The notes below the pieces were generated by a model that was not told the origin of the DNA, did not search any database, and saw only the letters and a list, made by a program, of their open reading frames with translations. Shown one piece after another: positions 12,594 to 26,959 of a stretch of DNA of 64,000 bases. The DNA is taken from contig JAUGWO010000033.1 of NCBI GenBank assembly GCA_049724395.1, positions 1 to 64,000 of the forward strand. The letters run 5' to 3'. Origin of the DNA: Spongospora subterranea f. sp. subterranea. Taxonomy: Eukaryota. The stretch's first letter is position 1, and every line of letters starts with the position of its first letter. The position numbers were made by a program, and so were the translations under genes.

Positions 12594-12954
12594 GAGACTT
12601 GTTGACGAATAATAAAAATAAAACGATTCTGGACGGCAATGTGGACACAGTTTTTTTGAAAAACGGTAACATATTTAGAACATTGGCGATGGTGGTTGTT
12701 AAAATGGACAGATTTCTACACTAAACAGAAATCCTTTGGCAGGTTACTGTAGATGACATTAAAACTTGACATTCGCAGTAGGCAGACTTTAGCATTGGGC
12801 ACTGCTACATTTTGGTGAAAATTTGAAACTCGTTAGGAATTACTGCAGCAGGAACGACACGACAGCGAGTGCGAATACTGTAAATAGTGTATTAACGCTT
12901 GAAGCGATAAATGCTCTATTTTTTAGAAACGCGGTATTGTAACCAGAGACACAT

Positions 12955-13649
12955 TTACTGTGATGACTACATGAGTATAATGACAAAAAAAAGAAAGTTT
13001 CACTTACAGATTCGTCAGCCCACTTGTTTTCAGCGCGAACCGCTTCTTCTTCTTCAGGAGTAAAATCGCTAATGAGATAATGATCAAAAACGGTGGATTT
13101 CATTGATGATTTATCATACTTCACAATGTTGAATTTTTTACGAATTTCTTCAGGTGTTTTGCCCTTGAGCATTGAAGCAACTTTTGCGCATGCGAGATCG
13201 AGCAAGGGCTTAATGTTCATGTAGTTAGCTGCCAAAATAATTTCAAAAAGAATATCTTGAGGTACGTCGACAAAGTCAGCGTCCCAGACATCATCAACGA
13301 CCTGAAAGAATATTCATGTTGTTGATAGAGATATCAAACCAGAGCCTCTTACTTCTCGCATGTTATTCGACTTTAATGGCTTCTCGATCTCTTTGGCAGG
13401 ATTGCCATTATGGTACCGCATATATTTGATAACTTTCTCCAAAATTGCTCCTTTGACATTCGGCAACGGAATATTGGTCTCATCTTTATCACTCTCTAAA
13501 ATTGTCTTCACAAGCTCTGACATCAAAGCGACACTGCGCTCGACCTCGAACACTTGCTTGTCCTGAGAAGTCAGGCGCAGCATGTCATCCGCCATGTCTT
13601 CATCGAGCCCCTTGATATCATCGCCGGCGATGCCTTTATCCTCAACCAT
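12955..13649 (-). CDS. SKP1: SKP1 family protein, copy B (3 introns)
   Basis: [70 protein letters not shown]. Confidence 0.96.
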
Positions 13650-14497
13650 TTCACTACGATAAGATGTCGAGCGTAGCGATTACTCTGAGTCTGATGAACT
13701 TGCTGAGCAGTAATCAAGATCGGATACGGTCAATCAGATTTCGTCCGCAATCCGGTTGGTTCAACAGGCCGCGCTGCGCACGTTGTTAAACACCGACTTC
13801 ACATACCAGGGTACAATTGAACTCCAAATAAGGACGAGGTCGAGGTTCGGCAGTCGGCATTGTGTCTTGTCGCAAAGGCTGTAGTTTGCTTCCAAGTTCA
13901 GTTGGTATGTGCCTCTTCTAGCCGCCTTTAAATCACCACACGCCCGGGATCAGCCCATTCTGGATGCGTCCTTCAGATCAATCACATCAGTTTTCACATA
14001 AAAGTCCAATTCCCACACGAAATCCTGCACATAACGTTCAGTGCTAGCTGATTCTGCATAAGCGCGCGATGCCACCCGAGTCCTGCAATTCATGATATGA
14101 ACTCAATGTTCCGAAACGACTTGGTCGTTGAGGTCCAACAGTGAGGGTCCATCCACATGTAAATAAACTTTGCGATTCTGCAAAAACCTCGATTTAGTTA
14201 CAGTACTGTATCTACGACTGTATTCGTCCAGTGCAGTTGCTTTAGATGACGTGCGATAGTAACGTTTGCATGCGGTGCTCAGGGTGTGTATTAGGCCACA
14301 TCCCTACGCTGAGTATGGTTTGGAACTTTCGCTCGTGCAATCTATCGCGTCATGGCGTTGACGAATTCTAAAGCATAGTAGCGATGAGCGGTTGGCTGGC
14401 ACGATCCAGCTATACTGGGGGTGTAACTTTCACTCACCTGCATAAGATCAGACGTACGCCATCGTGAGTCTTCCTTCCAGACTTCCATTCATATAAT

Positions 14498-15669
14498 ATG
14501 GCCCGGGATGGTGAGCAATCAGTTGACGTCAACGGCATATCGAGTTTACATCATCTAATTTCTCATGAAATTCATCCTGAGGCAAAATGTTCTTCGCGAT
14601 CCGACAAAAGCCAGATACTCGGTTTATTATGATTTGACATCGTACAATAATTTTTTTTATTCGTTCTTTCTGTGCAGGACCCGATACATTTCATATCAGT
14701 CCCGAGTCGAAAGTTCGTAACCCTTGGGGGTACTTTTTCAGGCGTTTGTTTGGGTGTGTCCGGTACGAAGAAACTTGGCCGCCGAAGCGAAACCGATATA
14801 CAGAGCCAACTGTAACTCCTGAATCTGTCCCCATTACTGTAATTATGAAGAAATGAATGATCTCGACTAGCTGAGATATCGATTTTGATCTAGGTTATTG
14901 AAGGATTCCTACCACCAATCCTCAACATGAAGAAGCAAACTCTTATTCTTGATTTGGACGAGACATTAGTGCACAGTTCATTTACTCCCATGGCCAATTA
15001 CGATATGGTGGTTCCAGTCACGTTGGGCGAACAATCATATTCTGTCTACGTTAGGAAGCGCCCGCACGTTGATGAATTTCTGTTGCGAGTAAATCGTTTG
15101 TTTGAGGTTGTAGTATTTACCGCAAGTTTATCGTTGGTACGCGGTTTTGATAATTGCTTATTATGATCTGCTGATCTGTTTTGCAGTATGCTGATCCGGT
15201 CATAACGCAATTAGATCAGCATAAAACAGTAATCCATATTGAAACGTCTTCACTTGATTGCCATAATGCTTTATTCAGGTCACTCATCGGCTATTTCGAC
15301 AGCATTGTATAAAAGTCGATGGAGGATATGTCAAAGACTTGAGTTTCGTTGGACGCGATCTTCGACATACAATAATCGTAGATAACTGCCCACATTCCTA
15401 TTGGTAGACAACCCGACAATGCTATTCCAATATCTTCGTGGTTCGGCGACGATGATACAGATACATCGTTGATAGATAAGGTACCCGGTTGTTGAAAACT
15501 TCTCTAGATAACTTACGATAAACCGAATCTCATCAAGGTTTTGCCGTTACTGGAAAATATCGCTCAAGCGCAAGAAAGTGTTTACGAGATGACCAGGTTA
15601 ACACGGTCCTCAAGAGATAAAGAAGGGTCGCCAAGGCTGGTTGACCTTGAGGGATACAACAAAACCTAA
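14498..15669 (+). CDS. Small CTD phosphatase (SCP/NIF, FCP1-like HAD), multi-exon, with an apparent 1-nt frameshift
   Basis: [63 protein letters not shown]. The start is estimated. Confidence 0.88.
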
Positions 15670-15796
15670 ATCAAACTAATTTCACACTCAAAATAAAAAC
15701 ATCATAACTGTGGGGCTTCCGTTTTGTACCAACGATATTACGGCACGCGTTCAGACCCCTGTTTTGAGGCGATAGCCTTCGCAGGATATTGCTTCG

Positions 15797-18700
15797 ATGA
15801 ACATCGCCAAGACGGTGGGCGTAAATGATCTGGTCCTGCTGGGAACGGTCACGGAAGACAAAGTCGTCAGAACTTTGTACGATCGATATATGGCTGACCA
15901 CATATACGTATGTGGAATATTCATATTAATTCACCGAAATTGCTATTCCAGTCGCCATATATCATCACTGGATCATGTTACAGACAGCTCACGATACTCG
16001 CCATGCAATCGTCACATCGCTCTGTATCGTGTGGTTCATCGTGTTGACGATACCCGCTATTTTTTTTTTTTACGGGACCCCTTACATATGAAGTTCTCAT
16101 TCGAGTATATAGACGAATATTGGGCCTGTACTTATCGCCATCAATCCATTCAAGTTGATCGCTGGGATTTATACGGATGCGGTCATCAGAAAATACAAAG
16201 GTTGGGTTGGCTAAACAAAACAACGAAAAAAGCCGAGTGCTGATTTTTGCTTCAGGTCGTAATGCGTTCGAACTAGTACCACATATCTACTCCTTAGCGG
16301 ACCAAGCACTGCGAAATCTAACGTCCTACCGTGAAAGTCAATGCATCATCATTACTGGAGAAAGTGGTTCAGGAAAGACAGAGGTCGCATGATGTTGTTG
16401 TGGTGGATTAATATCTCACTGGCCTAATTGCTACGATTATAGACCTCGAAAATAGTAATGCAGTATATTGCGGCTTGCACTGGAAAGAGTGACGAAGTCA
16501 TTCTGGTTAAAGAACGAATGCTGGCGTCCAATCCTGTATTAGAAGCTTTCGGCAACGCCAAAGTTTGTAAACTATAGACGAGATCGATATTTTCAGTGAA
16601 TTTATTGCTTTCCATCGATCCACAGACACTTCGCAACGATAACTCGTCGCGTTTTGGCAAGTATATGAAAATTGAGTTCAATGGCAGAGGTATGTTGAGG
16701 CCGCAATTATAAATCTAGAATTGTTAAATACTATTTTCAGGCGATCCAATTGGCGGTTCAATTTCGAATTACCTTTTGGAGAAAATTCGGGTTGTAGATC
16801 CGAGTAAAGGCGAAAGAAATTTCCACATTTTCTATCAGGTTACAACGCCGACTTTTTATATTCGGCATTACTGATCTGAAACACTAAATGTTTAAAGATC
16901 TGTGCTGGGCTGAGGCAGGCTGAGAGAGAGCAGATGCAAATATATGGTCCTGAGCAGTATCAATGTTGGGTTGGGTTGCAAATTTGTTGGATATTGTTTA
17001 CTAAGTTGTCTTTGGATTCCAGATTTAGCCAAATCGAGTTGTATGACAATAGATGGCGTTGATGATGCGAAAGACTTCCAGGAAACCCTCAGAGCTCTTT
17101 CGTCTCTTGGTAATTTGACTATTTATGAGAAATCCATAACTAAGAAACTGTCCAACAGGTGCAAACAAAACGCAAATCAACTCTATATTTTCTGTGGTGT
17201 CGGCAATCCTTTGGCTAGGAAACGTGGACTTCGTCGAGGATCACCAAGAGCATTCTACGTTTAAAGAACTTGACACAATTTATCTGGTTGCCAATTTGCT
17301 CCAGGTATTTTGGTCAGCATACTGATGTCTATAACAGTGCTGAATCACTGCTGTTAGGTTGACCCAGAGGAACTCATGACTTCCTTAACGTCCAGAACAA
17401 TAGAAACTGGAGCGGGCGCAAGAGTTGAAATATTTTCTAAGCCGTTAACCGCAAATGACGCGTTGGTAACTGATTTCCGTTGGAAGATTTAAACAATTTA
17501 TACTTTTGTCAGGTACATTACGCGAGATACATTGGCGAAGGCATTATATTCAAAAATGTTCAATTACGTTGTCAAACTTGTGAATCAATCGCTTTCGTGT
17601 GGGCAGAGAGGACATGATGTTACAGTCCACATCGGTAGCTAACCGGTCCTCGCCCACTTCGCATAATTGACATTTCATACCAAGGATTGCTTGACATATA
17701 TGGGTTTGAAGTATTCAAATCCAACAGTTTTGAACAACTATGTATCAACTTTGTCAACGAACGGCTGCAGCAGATATTTATTGAACTAACATTGAAAGCT
17801 GAGCAAGAGGAATACAGAAGCGAAGGGATCCCATGGCAGGTACACACATTGACACAACCTGTCTGAATCACAAGAAACTTCTGTTAATATTTGAAATAGC
17901 CTGTAGATTTCTACAATAACAAGCCATGTTGCGATATGATAGAAAACAAACCTGGTTTGTTATCCATACTTGATGACGCTTGCAATACTGCAAAAGGGGA
18001 TTCGGGGTTTTTATCTGACATTGGAGCATTTTTCGCAAGCAACAACTTTATAAGGTTGGGTAATTATAGAGCTCTCCAAATCTACATTGTAATCTGTGCT
18101 TTAGGGCTGCTAATGCTTACGAATTTGTGATCGCTCATTTCGCCGGGAATGTAAACTATGCTGTACAGGGATTCACCTTGAAGAACAAAGACACACTGTT
18201 CGACGACCTGATTCAATGCATTCAAAGGTATTGTAGGCAAAAATGGAATGTAGATTCTTATCTTATTGACGACACCCTGTACAGGAGCCCTGGGGAATTT
18301 GTATCAGAGCACGAGTGGGATAAAATAGAAGTGCTAAAGGGTCAGAAAAAAAAGCCTCCTACTGTTGGAATGTAAGTGTTGCGTGTTTTGAAAACAACAG
18401 CTGTTATCTCATCGATAGAATTCAGGATTTTCAAAGGTCAAGTTGGTGAACTAATGGCAGAATTAAATCTTTGCACACCTCACTACTGCCGATGCATCAA
18501 ACCTAATCAAGTCAAGCGGCCAAACGAAGTCGATATGGCCTATACGCAAAATCAGGTTCAAGTAAGTAATCCTTTGCTTTCTTCCCGGTACCAGACATAA
18601 CGTTTGCAACACATCATCTAGTATCTGGGGCTTGTAGAAAATATTCGAGTGCGACAGGCAGGATATGCTCAAAAACTTGTTTACGATCGATTTGTCGGTC

Positions 18701-21535
18701 GATACGGTCAGATATCTGCCCATCGCATGACATTCCTCTGCCTAATTGTCCTCATCTTCTTGAACAGCCGTTATATGCTCTACGATATGGAATAACAGGA
18801 AGCCTGGATCCTTGAAAGATAAGAAAAGAGTGACTGCTGCTATAATGCAACATATTCAGTGGAGACAGGGTACAAATATCCGAATTTTGTAACAAATTGC
18901 TTGACATGGTCAACAGGTGAAGAGTTTTCGATGGGTCAAACTAAAGTTTTTATTCGTCAAGCACAATCTATCTGTTCGTTAGAAGCCCATCGAGATACGC
19001 TTCTCAATAGAGCGGCTCTTATCATTCAGCGAGCGTTTAAACGATTTGCCAATCACCGGAAAGCTTTGGAAATCGCATGGGACTGTTTTCAAGTCAGTGC
19101 GATAATCAGCGCGTTGGTTTGCTAAAGTAACAAAAATCAACAGATCTTCGATCGACGAAAGGAACGAAGGAGAGCGTCGATAGACCGTCCTCATAGAGGA
19201 GACTACATCAATCTCTGTTTAAACACAGAAATACGCGATCATTTCAGGGATGAAGGAATACTATTCGCTGACAGAGTTTTAGATGTTACGCTCAAAGGTA
19301 AAATCCATCAACGCCTTTGAATCGTCGATCAACATCCATTTAGGCAAACGGGGGTTATTAAAGCGCTTAACTCGTGTGCTAAAAATTCATAAATCGGAAA
19401 TTTTCCGACACCCGAAATTTGTCGTTCTGACAAATAAGTCCCTAGTACGTGTTGCCAAAGGAATTCTGGTTTGCTGTCCACTAAATGTTTTCACAGTATT
19501 GTCTAGCAATAACTCCTCCTTCTGGAGTATCTGGAGTTGGCTCACGAATGGTAATTGATTGGAGACTTGATCTACAATCAATCTCTGCCATTAGCGTTAG
19601 CCCGTATTGCGATAATGTTTATATTGTGGAATCGCATTCTGCACTACCTGTGCTGCAAAGGTACGATTGTTTGCCAATACATTACACTGCATGATAAATA
19701 CTAAATTTAGTTGCCGGAGGAAAACTGAACTTATCGGCCTCTTAATACATCAAGTCAGTGTCACTTTTGGGGCACAAGTGCCTCTTCAATTTGTACAAAA
19801 AATCTCGCTGAACGTATTGCACAAGAATCACGCTTCTGTTATTGATGTAAACTTCATCTATCAACCAGGTATTTGGTTTTCTGCTTGACTGGAAGGTGCA
19901 GTTACCAAAAGTATTACGTAGAATATCCGCCTGAGGAGTCTATCAATGTTTTGAACGGTAATGTTGAAGTTCGTATTGGTCCAGGAATTGCGGGCCATAT
20001 TTTTCCTGCGCCGGTCAAGCCTAAGGTTTATCAGATTCAATGTCCTGCTGGTTATACTCAGTAAAATATGTAGGAAATTGACCGAAACATCGAAGTTCGG
20101 GACCTTTGTAAAGCGATTTATGAGTATCCCGGTAACGGGGTGGACGAGCTTTGTTTCGAGGTATATTGGTCATCGGAAAATCGCTGCTACCTCTGAGTGT
20201 GAACATGTGCTATATAGGTTGGTGACATTATGTATATGATAAGTGACGAAGGTGATGGCTGGCTACTTGCTGAGCATAAAAATACTGGTCAGAGAGGTTA
20301 TGTTCCAGCAACTTATGTTACGCCCATTCCTAGAAACGAGACTCAACATCAAGCGCCTGCTAAAAAAAGTGTTCCAGCACCCGTCCAGGCCCAGTCAAGT
20401 AAGTCTAACTTAAACCAACACAATGGTGGACTTGAAAAAAGTCAGCAATCTGCGATGCCCAGCATTGGAAGACGCCCTGATCGTGATCAAACAACAAACC
20501 TGGTGCAAAAAGAACACCAAAGCGGACAATTGCTGACGAATCGACAAGCTCAAGCTAACGACGACCCTACTATAGACGATTTACAAGAAAATTCTGAGAA
20601 ATTAGCTAGGAAGGTTACGATCGACCGCAATAACCAACGTCCCAAACCAGCCGGTCAACCCAAACTTGACCAAACTAGAACCCAAACATTACCGTCACGT
20701 GCAGCTTTGAGGAAGGGGGTAGCGGCAGCAAACGATTCATCGACGGGTCAGACGTATTCATCAGGACGCACTGGTAACAATCCCGATTCAAAATCGGGTA
20801 TCTACACTGGTAAACCCGCAGCATCACGGAACGAGCTTCACACAAACGCGACAGCCATGAAGAACGACTCGAAGATTGTGGGCAAAGGGTTAGGAACCAA
20901 TAAACAGGATCTCAAGAGTGCGAGCGATCTCGCTTCAGCACAAAACTTCAATCAGACCCACCAAGCGGAGGTAATTTTTGCAATTTCAAGTCACGTTTGT
21001 GTTGCCTTATGGTAAAGTTTCAGGCTCGCTTCAGGAAGGGCCCTAGAAATCATATTGCAGAGAATAACCCTCTGCAGAAAGAACGGGGTGGAGCCAGCGT
21101 ATATGGAGACAAAAAGAAACAGTTTAGCGAGCCTGAACAATATCAACAACCAGTTTTAAAACGTCAAACGTCACAACTGCCTACATATCAAGAAAATACT
21201 GCTTATTCAGATAAGACTGCATATCAACCGTTTTCGGCGGACGTGGACGATAAGCAATGGGATAATATCGACGAAGTCACTACAGGTCTGTAAACGTTCA
21301 TAACAAACGGCTTCTGAAACTACCGCTCTCTGACTGTATTCGTTCCATTATCGTGCCAGCACCTGCACCAGCTGTTGCAAAACGTCCTGTATGGCAACCA
21401 TTTTTTGACGGTCAGTTCAATCGATATCTGACCCAGTATCTCACGTTGACTTGCATTATTGTTTGTGTAGAGGGTTCAAATGCGTATTATTGGTACAACA
21501 TCGAGACTGGAGAATCATCATGGGAGAAGCCATAG
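15797..21535 (+). CDS. Class I myosin: motor, IQ, TH1-like tail, SH3, low-complexity linker, C-terminal WW; many short introns
   Basis: [10 protein letters not shown]-loop, [69 protein letters not shown]3 [36 protein letters not shown]. Confidence 0.93.
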
Positions 21536-21713
21536 ACTTGATCTTCGCAATATATCTTATTTCGCATCCAATAGTTGAATACAGCGATATATACTGGCGG
21601 CAATGTCTGGAGGTTCTGCATTGACATCTAGCTGAGATTTTTTGAAAACCCTATACCATTCAAAGTGTATAAATAATAGAATTTGGTCGCGTGCCATTGA
21701 AATAGAACTGTGA

Positions 21714-23024
21714 ATGGGTAATCGAATATCAAGAAAGAATGGACCGAATAGTCCAGATAGAGGGTCGGCTACAGCTAGACCTGTTGGAGATCTTGAGGGA
21801 CTCCAGGAAAACGGTCGCCAGTTCCTCGACAGTCTCAACCTGAAGCTGTCGAAAACAGAGACCGACAAGGAGGCCCTAGAGCAAGAACTGAACAATGTTC
21901 GAGGATGGCTAGACCGTGTCGACGCTGCCAACGCTGAACTACTGGATGCATTGAAAGGTATTGTTGATAGGTTCGTCAGCACTTGTCAACTATTTGAAAT
22001 ATCTGTGGGAAACAGAGGCGAAAGGGAAGACGTCATCAATATCCGATGAACTCGAATCTAAGAAACAGCGCATTCGAACTCTGGAAGCGCAATCCGAATC
22101 CGACCAGGATCGGATTGCACATTTGGAATCCAACATCAAAGTACCCTTTGACCGGGGACACGTGGCTTTGATAATGGATTACCATGTTTAGGATCTGCCA
22201 AGTAATGTGGGACGATCAAGATCAATGGAATCGGAAGCGCTCAAAAAGGATTTGAAACGGATTACAGAGGAGAGGGACAGGTTCGTTGCTGATCTAGAAC
22301 GAGGTGTTCGCGGGACGACGGACGATCCGGAGACCGATTCGGGGCAACACAAATCTGATTCGGAGACTGGTAAATCCGCTACCGAGTATCAGGAGGAGAT
22401 CACACAGTTGAAGATGGAGCTGAGGAAGAAGGACCGGGTATTCAGGAGACAGATCAGGTAATGGCGTCGTTGCCAGGGGGGTTTGAGAGTGTCCAAATCT
22501 GAAACACCGTGCTCAGGAGCCATTCCCGACAACTTCGTGACGTCTCCGAAGCCGAAATCGCCCGCGATTGGAGATCCGAACAGGAATTGTTGTCACCGTC
22601 ATCGTCAGCTCATGCCGATGCCGATAAATCGGTATGCCGATTAATGTAATATTGCGAAAAAAAATAACCAAAGCGTTAGATGGAACCTTTGTTGAAGACC
22701 CACGCTTCAGCATTAATGTGGGCACAAACCTTTCTAGAGGGCATCGTTAGCCTAACCGAATCCGAGAGTAAAGGTCTGGATCGTATTGGTGTGCGTGTAA
22801 TCGAGCTCACAACGATCAACACAGAACTCGATAAGCTGGAGAAACAATGGGGAAAGGAGGCCGATGAACGGCGCCAGCAGATGCAAAACCTGAATATATA
22901 TCCAGGCGATCCGATTGCCAATAATCCCAATACGCTGCCGGAAAAGCAAACTTCCAAGATGACGTTGTCGGACAAAAAGACGGCACTGCAGAAGAAGCCA
23001 TCGCATGTCCTGAAAGTCAAATAA
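21714..23024 (+). CDS. Coiled-coil protein of unknown function (about 5 exons), possibly N-myristoylated
   Basis: MGNRIS start; heptad-rich ORFs 21714, 21961, 22207 and 22680 can be joined by GT-AG introns (for example ttag|atggaa at 22679). Confidence 0.65.
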
Positions 23025-23279
23025 AAACGGAACGAGTATAGTGGTGTCCAGCGATTGCCATGAAACCCGTTGTTGATATAACTATAAGTAAATATGGGGC
23101 TTGATAGGTGGCCATCATTGTGATCTACTTGATGTCGGTCAATGGGAAAATGTTATTGTTCATGATTCGTCGGTCGAGCGCGATTCCGCAACTAAACGGT
23201 TGAAAAGAGGCCAAGCAAATTCAGTTGATTGCCGATTTTCATCAAGAGTTAAGATGATTCCCATTCCGTTCGGACGAAT

Positions 23280-23391
23280 ATCGATTCAGAGCGAGACCAT
23301 TTGGTTTCCGAACAAATATTGGAGCGGATGGAACAATCCCTTATCGATTCAAAGCGAGATCATCTGGTTTCCGAACAAATATTGGAGCGGA
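23280..23391. repeat. ~50-bp direct repeat, 2 copies
   Basis: atcgattcaRagcgagaYcatYtggtttccgaacaaatattggagcgga occurs twice, ~63 bp apart. Confidence 0.9.
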
Positions 23392-25043
23392 GTCACCGTG
23401 TAGGGATTATTTTAACTTTGAATTGATAAATTGAAAAATAGGAAAAAATAAAATGAATCGCAATTCAATATCTTGTCTCCAATACAGTACGAACATTAAT
23501 CCCACAATATAGACGACGAATTTTGTTGCTGTTAAAGCGACAGCAGAACCGTTGGGCAGATTGACTTTGTCAAAAACAAGGAGACGGTAATTTGAGATAA
23601 GTTGCCGTTGGAAATCGTTTTGATGGTTATTACCAGATGTTGTGGTCAAAGGATATATTCGAGTAGTCCCAAGCCATATTCGCCTCGTGAATCGTCATGA
23701 TTGTTATCCCAAACTGTATAGAATCGGGTCTGCTAACGATGCGGATCCGCTCCTCATTTTGATCCAGACTTCAGCTCACACTCTGATCTTTGCGCCAATT
23801 GCGTTCGTCAATTCGCTATTCGTCAACGGATCAGAATGGGCCCAAATTCGAAACCGTTTGTGTAGCGCGCTGGAACTCGTCGGTCGGAAGACCAGTTCGC
23901 CCTGGCACCATCTTGCCCTATATCTAGTTATTACCAATACTTGTGCTGGCGATTCATTCCGCTCCTTTGTATTTATGTAAATAATTATTGATGTTTTGAA
24001 ACACCTCCAGATAAGCCGAGGTTTTGCATTGCGGTTATTGCGTTTATATCGGTAATATCGAAACAAAGATAAATACAGTACCGAACATGTCATCAGTGAA
24101 CTTTGGTTTCCATTACATGAACGATGTCCATCCGATTACGACAATGTTTTGATGTCAAACTTTGAAGTCAAATTTGTTTGATACTGTTCATCTGATCATG
24201 ATCAATACGAATCGTATGCTCATCCTTCTGGCAATCAACATATCCAGCGACTGCTGCTCAGGCGATCCATTTATATTTGGTTCTAGACTGGCGCTGGGGA
24301 AAATTTCGATTGCCGGTCAAATGATGTTCATGATCTGACAACAGCAAATGAGAACATTTACCATGTCTTCAACGACCTTTCGAATTGTTCCAAGCAATGT
24401 TCACCTGAGATGCTAACCGTAATCACTCAGACCTCAGAAATATTTGACTTCACCGAAAGCAATGTTGCAGAGCGGGTACAATTCAGAGGTATCGCCATAT
24501 CGCAATTGGAAAAAAACACCGGAATACAGGTCAAGCACCTCATTCCACGAGGCACAAATTCGATTCTAATCCGCTTTACCTTGTGAGATCAGATCTCCAT
24601 TCCTGTCATTCTATTGAGCGATCCTAAGGTTCCCCTCGTCCGCCCGTGTAGCTGATTGATGACATTGGTCCAAACATCTGGATTTTCTTTAAGATTACTG
24701 AAGAGCAAGATTTGATAAGAGCAGTTTGCGAACGTCCTCAATGATTGCTACGATAGATTAAAGAAAGACGCCAGTAGTTCATTCTTTCCGATTTCATTGC
24801 TCAAGAGACTTCAGAAACAACACAACGTTGACGGCGTCCAAAGGTTGGGCACCCTTGGTCTTTCTGAAAAAACCATATCGTTCGGGTGCAATCTCTCACG
24901 TTATCGGTCGCTGTCCCAAAACCAATGGATTGGAAGCATTGCTCGCTCCTGACCGATCACGTCCAGCACTAAGGATCTGGACCACGACGACAGCGGTGTA
25001 ATAATAATCATTTGATTAATTGGTGAAAGTGAGTCCGTGGGAT

Positions 25044-25165
25044 TGAGAAACAGAGACAGAGAGGGAGAGCGGCACTGGGAAACAGAAACAGACACAGAGC
25101 GAGTGGGCGACAAAGAGAGAGGGAAACAGAAACAGACTGGAAAGAGAAACAGAAAAGGGAGAGAC
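25044..25165. repeat. Purine-rich low-complexity tract upstream of Hikeshi
   Basis: gagaaacagagacagagagggagag...gaaacagaaacagac. Confidence 0.7.
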
Positions 25166-25192
25166 CTCTATACACGATACTCCACTGTTTCA

Positions 25193-26034
25193 ATGGCTGA
25201 TAATCTCGTTGCCGTTATGGTCCCTGGGCTGCCCATACACACCCATTTTGAAAGCACGGGCGTCACCCAGGCCGTTTGCCGGATTCCATTGCCGCCCAGC
25301 ATCACGGCCAAGGAGCTAGGGTATAGCCCCGGCAGCACATTGTCATAGGCAGGATATGGTACTGATAACGTATGCCTAGCTCTGTAGGGATATCTTTGCT
25401 TCGCCCTGATCTCATTCCTTATGGAAGTGGTTTAGCGGTATATGCTAATGTTCAGGTTGAATCGCCATCGTCTCTGATATCCACTATTTTCTGAATTTCG
25501 ATCGTTATAGCTGGCCAATTCTCGCATTGAGAATTACTCGTTTGTAGGCAGTGTTAGCGCTACCAATCCATCAACGTCGATTGCTGCCAATGCATCAATC
25601 GAACGAAGTTAGCCATCCATTTTTTCTGTTTAAGTCATGATCCCAATCAGTAAATGGTGGTTAGACGGTGATCCGATGGAGTTGGTTATCGGAATTTCGA
25701 TCGAGACAGAGCAGTTCATTGCCAATCTTACAGAAAAAGCTGAGGTTTGTTAAGGTGTCATTGTCGACTGCTTCTGATCTGATAGGTGTGCTTCTAGGAG
25801 CGTAGAGCTGCTACTCATGGGACATTGGCGATTGCTATAGCTCGTGATTTATCAGCTTTTATGTCATCGTTCACTTTAAATCCAGCCAACAATATGTTGC
25901 AAGTTCCTCCCGATGCCATCAATAAATGGCTTGAAAAATTCGAGGTACCAGTTTACAAAAAACAATTTGATAATAATCACGCTCATTTTGATTAGGTGAA
26001 ATTCAAGAGAGATCCTAACTTTTTGTTTCATTGA
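25193..26034 (+). CDS. Hikeshi/OPI10 (DUF775) family protein, multi-exon
   Basis: VMVPGLP start, GLAVYA, FVGSVSATNPS, LVIGISIETE, and C-terminal INKWLEKFE-VKFKRDPNFL. Confidence 0.8.
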
Positions 26035-26098
26035 TTAAACCGCTTTATCAATATACAATATATTCAAATAAGACATGTGTAGAATTAACGAATCAGGT

Positions 26099-26831
26099 TT
26101 AGTGCCCTAGACGCTGGACTGTTTTCGAATAGGAATCCAATCGACGTCGGAAATGTTGTCTCCTGGTGTGCTTTAGTAAAGGAAGTGCACCGAGTTCAGC
26201 ATTTCGTAAAAGCCATGAAGGGAAACCGAAAAGACAAATGCTGTTAAAGGAAACTGCACCTCCACATATCAGTATAAGATCAGGAAGTCGCTTGTCCACC
26301 CTCCAATGCGCTATAGAGACCAAGGTCAATATTCTCGCAGAGCCGCAAATGCAGCAACTCCTCATTACCTCGCATACTGCCGTTAGGATCACAACTTGAA
26401 TCACAAAACGATTCCAGCGACTTGATCATATGCTGTCTTGAAGGTATCAGCCTTATAATGGGCAATGCCGCATTGGGATTATCGGTAGTGTAAGGTCGCT
26501 CAACTTTGTCAACACACCATACGCTGCCATCGTCGATGATCACCGCTTCCGTAATCAACATAGACAGGTCCATTGCGAGTTCTTCAGCAGAACAGCCGAC
26601 ATTGAATACAGTTAATTCTGCGATTGAACATTCTCTGCAGTATTTGAAGAGTTCGCATATTTGCCGGGACTTCGCAGGATAAGAATTGGGATTACCTATA
26701 CCAACATGCAATGGCCTTTTATCGGGTAGATCAGGAATGGATAACAGCTCGTACAATGAGACGATTTTCAAATAAATAATGAAGATAATGTGGAGGATAT
26801 AGAGGATCCCTGATGTAACGAGGGAGATCAT
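26099..26831 (-). CDS. NUS1: NUS1/NgBR-like cis-prenyltransferase subunit
   Basis: N-terminal TM segment, PLHVGI, PDLILICG...LFGFPSWLLRNAEL, and the C-terminal YSKTVQRLG RxG motif. Confidence 0.82.
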
Positions 26832-26959
26832 TACAGTATAGAGGTACACAAAGGTAAACCGTTGGGACCATGTTTGAAAATGTGCGTCCGCAAAACTTTT
26901 ACGACGCTGATGATGGGGTCAAATGTCAATGGAGTCTGAGTGGACTCGGACTGCACAAA

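Noticed and set aside
23400..24950. Gene between the coiled-coil gene and Hikeshi
   Set aside because: Looks like decayed coding sequence, but I found no consistent frame or motif.
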